NCBI GenBank assembly: GCA_009914755.4
Contig: CP086569.2
Coordinates: 4,128,001 to 4,192,000 of the forward strand
From: the human T2T-CHM13v2.0 reference genome, Homo sapiens
DNA length: 64,000 bases
Direction of reading: 5' to 3'
Part shown: positions 51,951 to 64,000 of the stretch, piece after piece
Layout of the letters: each line of letters starts with the position of its first letter
Position numbering within the stretch: the stretch's first letter is position 1
The notes under the pieces: model-generated
Seen by the model: only the letters and a program-made list of their open reading frames with translations
Database searches by the model: none
What the model was told of the DNA's origin: nothing
Made by a program: the position numbers and the translations under genes

Positions 51951-53950
51951 AGCAATGTAGCATATCCTGTGCAAACATTTTTGTGTGTGTGTGCGTCCTC
52001 AGCTGGCTTTGATATCTGGGTAATGCTGGTCTCATATAATGAATTTGAAAGTGTATTCTTCTCTCCAAATTTTTCAGAGTTTGAGCCAGAGTCATGTTCA
52101 TTCTTATGTAAATGTTCAGTAGAATTCATCAGTGAAGCCATTTTGTCTAGGACTTTTCTTGCTGTGAGGTTTTTGATTATGAATTATCAATATATGTACA
52201 TTTTTATTCTTCTTTATTGTTTTGATAAGTTATGTGTATCTAGGAATTTGTCCATTTCATTTATTCAGTTTGTTGGCATACCATTGTTCATAGAACATTA
52301 TTTTAAGCCTTATATTTACTAAATCTTTATTTTATTTATTCCATTTATTTTATGAAGTCAGTAGTAATGTACCCACTTTCAATGCTCATTTTAGTAGCTT
52401 GAAAAATCTCTTTTCTTATTAGTTAACTTACCTAAATGTTTCACAACTTTGTTTATGTTTTTGAGGAACAAACTTTTGGATACATGGATTTTTCTATATT
52501 GTTTTTCTATTTTCTCCTTTTAATTTCTCTGCTCTTATCTTTATTATGTATTTTTTCTACTACTTTTGGGTTTAGTTTCTTCTTTTTGTAGTTCCTTAAC
52601 ATATGAAGTTATGTTGTTGATTTCAGATCTTTCTTCTTTGATTTAATGCAATTATTTACAGGTACAAATTTTTCCCTTAGCAATGCTTTTGCTGCACTCT
52701 TCTTATTTACAGTTCTGTCTACCCTCATTCTATGGTATTGATTCCACAAATAGTATTTTTAATATATTCTGTGCCCACCAACATGTGTTTATAATTTTTT
52801 ATTTATCCTATATAAAATAAAAAGTGAAGTTACAAATAAAAATTACAACAATACTGGTTTTTGTATTTACTCATGTATTTACCTTTGGTGAAGATATTTA
52901 TATTTTCATAAATCTTTAATTTATTATCTAGCATCATTTTATTTCAACCTGAGAGACTTTCTTTAGCAATTCATGTAAGGAAGGTCTAGTGAAAATAGCA
53001 TTTTTCAGTTTTGGTTTACATGAGAATGTCTAAATTTTCTTCAATTTGAAGGGCAATTTTGTCAAATATAAAATATCTCATTAGACAGTTTTTTTCTTCT
53101 ATACTTTAAATGCATCATTCCATTGTCTCTGTTCTCCAATGTTTCTACTGAGAAATCTGCTGCATTTTTTATTGAAAAATATATACCCATTGTATATAAG
53201 TCCCTTTCCTCTTGCTGCTTTAATATTCTTCCTTTGTTTTTGCCTTCTGATAGTTCGATTATCATGTATCTTATTGTGGGTCTTTATGGGTTTACTTACA
53301 TAGAGTTTGTTTAGCTTCTTGGATTTGATGCTTTATGTCTTTCCTCAAATATGCAAAATTTTGGGCCATTCTTTCTTAAAATAAGCACTCTTCCCCTTTC
53401 TCTGTCTATATTTTCCTAGAACTCCCATAGTGCAAATATTGTTTTGCTTAATGGTGTTCTATATTTTTTTAGGCTCTGTTCACATTTCTTCATCCTTAAT
53501 TTTCCTTTTGATCCTCAGACAGGAAATTATCAAATATCTTATCTTTTATTTCATTAATTATTTCTTTAACCTGTTTGAGCCTGCTGCTCATTCTCTCAGG
53601 GAAATTTTTAAATATGGTGTTATATTTTTATCTTCAAAATTTTTGTGTGGTTCCTCTTCATAATTTATATTTCTTATTGGTATTCTCATTTATAGATTAT
53701 TTTCCTGGTTTTCCTTAGTCCTTTGTTTATGTTTTTTATTAGCTCTTTGATTATATTTATAATTGTTTTATGTTTTTTTGGCTGGTAAGTCAGATGTGTG
53801 TCTATTTTTCAGAAAAGATTTCTGCTATTTTATTTTCTTCCTTTGAACAGGGCATGTTTATGTTTCTGTGTATGCCTGTGGATATATTTTGTTGAAAGTT
53901 GGGCATTTTTTTAAAAAAATCAGTCACCTCTCCTAGTCTTTTTGAACTGG
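51950..53950 (-). mobile_element. LINE-1 fragment on the minus strand (ORF2 N-terminal half and ORF1 region)
   Basis: 'tctgggtaatgctggtctcatataatgaatttgaaagtgtattcttctc' is the reverse complement of L1 '...EASIILIPK...'. 'ctgtgaggtttttgattatgaattatcaat', 'gatttcagatctttcttctttgatttaatgc' and 'tctactgagaaatctgctgcattttttattg...tccctttcctcttgctgctttaatattcttcctttg' are collinear with reverse-complement L1 ORF2 N-terminus and ORF1 C-terminus. Confidence 0.7.
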
Positions 53951-54042
53951 CTCTGTGCCTGGAAAATATCCTTCACTAATTAGCTGGGCATGTTCTAGGC
54001 TGTGTTAGATCAGGTTGTCCAAAAAAACAGGACCATTAGGAG

Positions 54043-54044
<2 letters not shown>

Positions 54045-54089
<45 letters not shown>
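54045..54089. repeat. (AC)22 dinucleotide microsatellite
   Basis: Uninterrupted 'acacac...' run of ~45 bp. Confidence 0.95.
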
Positions 54090-54091
<2 letters not shown>

Positions 54092-55221
54092 CAAAATTTA
54101 TAAGATATTGGCTTACAGTATTATGGCTTACAAAATTATTGGCTTACAGAATTATGGAGACCAAGAAGTCCTGCAATCTTCCACATGCAAGCTGGCAACC
54201 CAGGAATGTTGGTGGTGCACTTTGAAGGCCTGAGAGCCAGAGAGCCAATGGTGTAGATTCTGGTCCAAATTTGAAGACCTGAGAATTAGGAGCACCAAGG
54301 GCAGGAGGATATTGATGTCCCAGAGCAAGCAGTCAGACAGAGAGTGAATTCAAGCTTACTTTGCCTTTTTGTTCTGTTAAGGCTCTCAAGAATTAGATAA
54401 TGCCACCTATGTTAGTGATGGCAATCTTCTTTACTCACATCACCAATTCAAATGCTAATCTCTTCCAGAAGCACCCTTAGAGATATGCTTAAAAATAATG
54501 TTTAAGAAGTTATTTGGGCATGTCATAACCCAGTCAATTTGACACATAATATCACCCATCATATATGTCTTGTGATTAGCCAAATTGGAATGATTAAGGT
54601 CTCTCAGACATTTTCTAAGTATACATCTTTACTGGCCTGTGTGTGGCTTTTTGATTCTCTATATACATGGCTACTTTTAAATGTCTTAATCTTCTAAAGT
54701 GTTTTACCTCAGCCTCCTCTTGGGCCTTAGATCATCTATTCCAAGTCTCCACCCATCATCTCTTGCTGCAGGCATCTGTGGGTCTTGCTCACTTTGAAGA
54801 TTTTCCAATAAGGGCCCACTGCTTCTCCCTGCCTATAATCTGAATTACGCAAAATAGAGACCAGTTACTTAAACACCCAGACAGGTTAGAACATTATAAA
54901 TGAAATCTGCTCTACTACCTTCCATTTGAAGAATGGCATTGGTAACTGGGATGCTGCCTTATATTGTTTGTTGTAGGGCTCCACCTATAATCTCTTACTC
55001 CAGACATTTGTTGGTGTGTGTCCCCCTTCATGTTCCTGGGCAGTGCCTGTGTTTCTCTTTGCCCCAGGCTTGAGTTATGCCACTTCACCTCCCCCCTACT
55101 GGAGATCTGAGTTATGCAATACAAAGACAAGTTATTCAGAAAGCCCTCAGACATATTAGAAAGTAGCAAATAAGGTTGAACTTGTAACCTTTAAATTTGG
55201 GAGGCAAAGACGAGAGTTTCA

Positions 55222-55376
55222 CTTGAGGTCAGGAGTACGAGACCAGCTTGGTCAACATGGTGAAAACCCATCTCTATTAAAAATATGAAAATTAGCCTGG
55301 CATGGTGGTGGCTGCCTGTAATCCCAGCTACTCAGGAGGCCGAGGCAGGAGAGTTGCTTGAACCTGGGAGGTTCAA
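55222..55376 (+). mobile_element. Truncated Alu (free right-monomer-like fragment)
   Basis: 'gaggtcaggagtacgagaccagcttggtcaacatggtgaaaacccatctctattaaaaatatgaaaattagcctggcatggtggtggctgcctgtaatcccagctactcaggaggccgaggcaggagagttgcttgaacctgggagg', with no second half and no A-tail. Confidence 0.8.
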
Positions 55377-57051
55377 ATAAGTAGCCAATAAGGTCTGCTC
55401 TACTCTCTCTGGCTCAAGGGAGGGAATTGGAAATTAGATAGCCACACCATGCTGGACAGGGTGTAGGACATGGTGGCCAGAAATGCAATGAAATTTCCTA
55501 CTGTTTTTAAAATGGCTTTTAAAAAAATGAGTATTTGCTTTGTTGCTGTAGACCTCTGATTGTTTCCCAGGCCTCCAATAAGGTAATTTAAACCATTTTA
55601 TTTTCTTTTGTTTTGCTTTTGATGTCTTAATGGGGTCTTGGATCTTCCTTGTCTGTTGTTTTGCTGACAACATTACTTATTAGGTTGATTTTAAACTAAT
55701 GATGATAATAATGATCTTGACATTTATGGAGTGCAAATCCCATGTTTAATTGCCTTACATGCATTATCTCGTTTAATCTTCACAATATTATTAGTGTATT
55801 TTATTTTAAAAATCTCTCTGAAGCATGGAGAATTTAAGTAAACATCCCAAGTACACTTATATAGTAAGTGATAAAACCACAAATCTTATTTAAGCATTCC
55901 TGATACTGCACCCATTGTGCTAATGACTAGAAGATATTTTTCTTAAGGAAATGATAATCAAATTTACATGTAAAATATAATATACACAAGTTATTATCAG
56001 TGCACAGAAGAGCAAACAATCAGTTAAATTTATTTTTTTCCAGAGTTAAAAAATGATATTTGTGCTGCTACACTTTATTCTAGAACCACAGAATCTCTCT
56101 CAACACAATAGTCTAGCCACATCTTCATCAGTCAATCAGAAATAATAGTTGGGTTATACACATTTTTCACCTTATAAAATATAACAATATTTATGATTTT
56201 TAGAGTCATTATAAATCTTTTATAAAATTCTGAAATACATGGAAGCTATAGCTAAACCAAATGGAAGTCTTTGGATTCCAGAACACTTGACATCAAGTCA
56301 TGACTCTGCCACTTGCTCGTTGTATGGTTAGCAGCAAGATATTTTTTCTCTCTGATTTTTAATTTTCATATTTAAATTTGGCTAAGAGTACTTGCCTCTT
56401 AAAACTGTGTTGCTGGTATTACCAGAGTGTGGTATAATTAAAATATATATTTGCTTTTTGTCACCAGTTTCTCACACAGTACATCAAAAGCCCTTGCAAT
56501 TTTCTGAGTGATAAAAGCATCTTTTGATATTCACAACAGGTCCCTTTTGACCGTACCTGAGTTTATGCGAACAAGGTAACTCATTGTGGGAACTTAGATA
56601 ATATTTTCAAGGGAGGGACTGGCCATGCAGGTGATTAGAGGGTTGAAACCTTTAGCACCATCCACCAACCTCCAGGGATGGGAGGAGGGATGATGATTGA
56701 GTTCAGAATTGAATATTCCCGATACAAAGAAATAATAAATATTTGAGTTTATGGATATGTGAATTACTCTAATTTGAACCAATTACCAATGATTTAATCA
56801 ATCATGCCTATTTTACAAGGCCTTGATAAAAATCTTTTAACAATGAGTTTTGGAGAGATTCTGAATTGGTAAACACAATGGATGCATATATGCTGGGAGA
56901 GTGGCATGCCAGAAGAAGTCATGAAAGTTTTCCCTTCGTCCCCATTTCCTTGTCCTGTGAATGTCTTCCTTTTGGCTATTCCTAGTTGGTTTTCTTTATA
57001 ATAAAATTGCAATCACAAGTACAGCACTTTCCTGAGTTCTGTGCATAATTC

Positions 57052-57357
57052 TTTTTTTTTTCTTTTTTTTTTTTTTGAGACAGAGTCTCACTTTGTCGCC
57101 TAGGCTGGAGTGCAGTGACGTGATCTCCGCTCACTACAAACTCGCCTCCCAGGTTCAAGCAACTCTCCTGCCTCGGCCTCCTGAGTAGCTGGGATTACAG
57201 GCAGCCACCACCAGGCCAGGCTAACTTCCATATTTTTAGTAGAGATGGGTTTTCACCATGTTGACCAGGCTGGTCTCATACTGCTGACCTCAAGTGAACC
57301 TCTCGTCTTTGCCTCCCAAAGTGCTGGGATTACAGGAGTGAGCCACTGCGCCTGGCT
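57052..57357 (-). mobile_element. Alu SINE (minus strand)
   Basis: Poly-T 57052..57076, 'gagacagagtctcactttgtcgcctaggctggagtgcagtgacgtgatctccgctcactac...gggattacaggagtgagccactgcgcctggc'. Confidence 0.9.
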
Positions 57358-58861
57358 TTCTGTGCCTAATTCTATCAGATAATTGAACTTGAGGAGAGAT
57401 TCATGGGAACTCTCAAATCTGTAGTAAGCTAGGTAGAGTGCAGTTAACTTGGGCTGATGTCTTGTGGTGGTGATCATTTTGTGGGACTGAGCCCTCAGCC
57501 TGTGGGTTCTCTATTGACCCTGGGCAGTTAGTATCAAAATTAAATTGATTTGCAGGATGCCTAGATGGTATTGGAGAGTTGAACATTGCTGAAAAAGCTT
57601 CATATACAGATAAAAATAATAAAGTGCTAAGTTGATTTTCTGGTAGATCATAGATGCTTAATAAATCATGGTTAATATCACCTTCAGATGATTTAGGAAG
57701 TAACCAATTATTTAAGCATTCCTATATGTCCTGAAATGCTCTGAGTAGGGGTGTTTTATCAAGAGTGTTCTCTTATGCTATAAATAGATATATAATTTCA
57801 AAATGAAAAGACAGCCAAATAAAAATGTTCTCATTAAAATTAAACTGAATATAATTTGAAAATAATTATTGTACAGGGTACTGGATATAGACTTATATAC
57901 AACTTCAGAAGGTAATTTAAAAACTATATTGTTAATAATAAATCGCTTAATTACCATTTCTTTATGGCTTATAGAAATAGAATATGAAAAATGTTTAATG
58001 TTTAATGTCTTAAAATGTTAAAAATGTTTAATGCTTTAAAACGTATAAATGTTTGGATTCTGAATAAATGAGAGTACACATTAAAATTTGAGTACATTCT
58101 TTAAAACAATTATTCTCAACCAAGAGTTAGGAGGAAGTTTGAAGCATATTATAATAATCTGGGATTTTTTTTTTCCAGTCCACAGCTCTTGGAGACTCTA
58201 TTGTCTCCCAAAGTGGTGGAGTTCCTTTCATTATCACCTCCACCCATCATCCTACCTTCTATTCCTTTAGAGAATCACTGGCATTCTAAAGGTTTGTTAC
58301 TGAAAGAAATACATTATATCTCTTACATATATAGAGGTTGTAAGGAAGCTGATAATTACTATGCCTGTGTTTGACATTCTATGACTTATAAATGAGGGAA
58401 ACCAACCCTCAAGTACTTACAAGGTGTAGTCACAAGGAGAAAATATAATTACAATATCTTTAAATATCAAGATTTAAGGAACAAGTACTTGTATATGTGA
58501 ATATTTATGCATCTTTAATAAACGATCAACTTGTATTTCCTCCAATTGACATATTTAAATTATTTGAACTCATAAAGAAAATGACATCATATTTTCTGTT
58601 CCTTTAAATAATATTGCATAGTTCCACTGTAAGAGTAAATATCACTAAACTTTTTTTTAGGTATATAAGAATAACTTACAGTAAATAAATTCTGGAAACC
58701 AACCTCTTTCATAGTAACATTTGAAAAGTAGAGGGCAAAGTTAGTATACGTTACCTGAAAACTTGTAGTTGTGAAATGTTTAAGTCTAGATATTGTCCAT
58801 TAACAGTATTCCCTAGTTACTTCTTTTTCTGCTACATTTAATACTGCTGCTTCTGTTATAG

Positions 58862-59176
<315 letters not shown>

Positions 59177-59304
59177 CATTTTTTCTTTTACTTTTATCCT
59201 TTAGTCCAAGCCAAACTGAAAAAAAGTCCAAACTGAATAGTACTTGATAATGTATCAAACTCTGTCTCAAAATTGTATATTATACCAACCCTGATACTGA
59301 GTTA

Positions 59305-59664
<360 letters not shown>

Positions 59665-59839
59665 TTATCAAATATTATGGCTTTGTAGGAGATGTGTTGT
59701 GACTTTTGGCACAAAACAAATAAATGATTAATTATCATTGGAAAATAAATCATCTAGAGTTGTGTCTATTGTTCTTTAGAACATTTTTATAGCACCTTAA
59801 AAAACACCTTTTATTTTAGTTACAGTAGGTACATATTAA

Positions 59840-60945
<1,106 letters not shown>

Positions 60946-61052
60946 ACAAAAAATAGAGTAATCAGACAACCTACATAATGGTAGAAAATATTTGAAAGCT
61001 GTACATCTGACACGGGTCTAATATCCAAAATCTATAAGAAAGTAGTTTGTCT

Positions 61053-61756
61053 TGGCTAACAAGAAAATTCAAGCTGGGAACTGCTCAGGGCCAACCTGTC
61101 TCCCATTCTATTCAAAGTCATCCCTCTTCTCACTGAGATAAATGCATATCCGATTGCCTCCTCTGGAAAGGCTAATCAGAAACTCAAAAGAGTGCAACCA
61201 TTTTTTCTCACCTACCTGTGACCTGGAAACCCCTTCCCCACTTTGAGTTGTCTCACCTTTCTGGACTGAACCAATGTTCATTTTATGTGTATTGATGTAT
61301 TAAGTCTCCATAAAATGTATAAAACCAAGCTGTGCTCTGACCACCTGGGGCACATGTCGTCAGTACCTCTTGAGGCTATGTCATGGACACACATCCTCAA
61401 CTTTGGCAAAATAAACATTCGTTTTCTTTTTTTTTTTTTTTTTTTGAGATGGAGTCTCGCTCTGTCACCCAGGCTGGAGTACAGTGGCATGATCTCAGCT
61501 TACTGCAACCTCCACCTCGGAGGCTTCAAGTGATTTTGCTGCCTCAGCCTCCCCAGTAGCTGGGACTGCAGGTATGTGCAACCATGCCCAGCTAATTTTT
61601 TGTATTTTTAGTAGAGACGGGGTTTCACCATGTTAGCCAGGATGGTCTCGATCTCCCCACCCTGGCCTCCCAAAGTGCTGGGATTACAGGCATTGAGCCA
61701 CTGTGCCCAGCTCAATGGCAAAATAAACTTTCTAAGTTAACTCAAACCTGCCTCAA
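61053..61756 (+). mobile_element. LTR-like 'family X', copy 3 (sense, 5'-truncated), carrying a nested Alu
   Basis: 'caagaaaattcaagctgggaactgctcagggccaacctgtctcccattctattcaaagtcatccctcttctcactgagataaatgcatatccgattgcctcctctggaaaggctaatcagaaactcaaaagagtgcaacc...ctttggcaaaataaac[Alu]ggcaaaataaactttctaagttaactcaaacctgcctca' is the reverse complement of copies 1 and 2. Confidence 0.65.
61416..61716 (-). mobile_element. Alu SINE nested in the LTR-like element, with 12-bp target-site duplication
   Basis: Poly-T 61426..61445, 'gagatggagtctcgctctgtcacccaggctggagtacagtggcatgatctcagcttactgcaacc...gggattacaggcattgagccactgtgcccagc'. Direct repeat 'ggcaaaataaac' lies at 61404..61415 and 61717..61728. Confidence 0.9.
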
Positions 61757-61799
61757 ATTTTGGGGGTTCACAGGTCATTTTACAGGAACCCATATTTCT

Positions 61800-63557
<1,758 letters not shown>

Positions 63558-63834
63558 TCACGCTAAAATCTCTTATAATAACTATTATGTAGTCTTCTAA
63601 TTCGTTTCTTTGCTTCAATCACTGTCTCCTCCTAGTCTTTCTCCAATGTAGCAGTCAGAATAATTATTAAGCAATATTAATCTCTATTTAAATGTCTAAT
63701 TATCAATCTTTCCAAGATACAATATATGAAAAGATTTTCTGTCATTTCTCAATTCTCTTAATCCTCTTTACAATTTTTTTCAAATCACATATGAAACCTG
63801 ACATATATTTTCTTATATTTTTGTCTATCTTGCT

Positions 63835-63950
63835 AAAACGTAAGCTCTGTGAGAGCAGGAACTTTGTTAGTTCAGTTCACTGCTATACTTCTGAATCTAT
63901 CATAATTTCTGAGGCATAATACATTTATTACCTCAACATCTTATTATGAA
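63835..63950 (+). mobile_element. L2/MIR 3'-end-like fragment (low confidence)
   Basis: 'cgtaagctctgtgagagcaggaactttgttagttcagttcactgctatacttctgaatc...ggcataatacatttattacc' resembles the L2/MIR 3' end ('atgtaagctccatgagggcagggactttgtctgttttgttcactgctgtatcc...gcacatagtaggcgctcaataaatatttg'). Confidence 0.4.
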
Positions 63951-64000
63951 AATTTCCAAAGATACAGTAAAGTTGAATAAATTTAACAATGAGCACTCAT

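Noticed and set aside
57950-58060. Degenerate tandem 'aatgtttaa' units ('tgtttaatgtttaatgtcttaaaatgttaaaaatgtttaatgctttaaaacg')
   Set aside because: Short, imperfect, AT-rich low-complexity sequence. Too degenerate to call a minisatellite with confidence.

Overview
This window is primate, human-like nuclear DNA, not prokaryotic. I see no operons, CRISPR arrays, tRNA or rRNA genes, and no convincing protein-coding exon. Supporting signs are an AT-rich, CpG-depleted sequence with about 11 Alu SINEs, each with an A/T tail and several with clear target-site duplications.

Well over half the window is recognisable interspersed repeat:
- **L1 copies:** at least six LINE-1 copies or fragments on both strands. 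One (1..8058, +) has its ORF1/ORF2 remnants interrupted by a full-length THE1-type MaLR element (3334..5606, ACATT duplication) and by a second LTR-like insertion. Another (22505..29990, -) is near full-length but dead. Others lie at 11368..14813, 50286..53950 and 59840..63250, each carrying nested Alu or LTR insertions.
- **Solo ERV LTRs:** LTR7/HERV-H at 62048..62506 (-) with a perfect GGGTT duplication. An ERV9/LTR12-like LTR at 49153..50283 (+) has CCAAT-box tandem repeats and three ~130-bp tandem units downstream. A ~1.05-kb ERV LTR of uncertain family sits at 14814..15860 (+). An MST-like MaLR LTR is at 37644..38162.
- **Other repeats:** an LTR-like family recurs three to four times (32.9, 48.2 and 61.1 kb, partial at 36.4 kb). 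There are MIR/L2 fragments and (AC)n and AT-rich microsatellites.

Almost every ORF over 100 aa in the six-frame track lies inside L1, Alu or LTR sequence and is repeat-derived.

I found no evidence for a previously undescribed biological system. The points worth following up are the potentially regulatory solo LTRs, an inverted Alu pair and the nested-insertion chronology. Family names come from my memory of consensus sequences and should be confirmed with RepeatMasker/Dfam.
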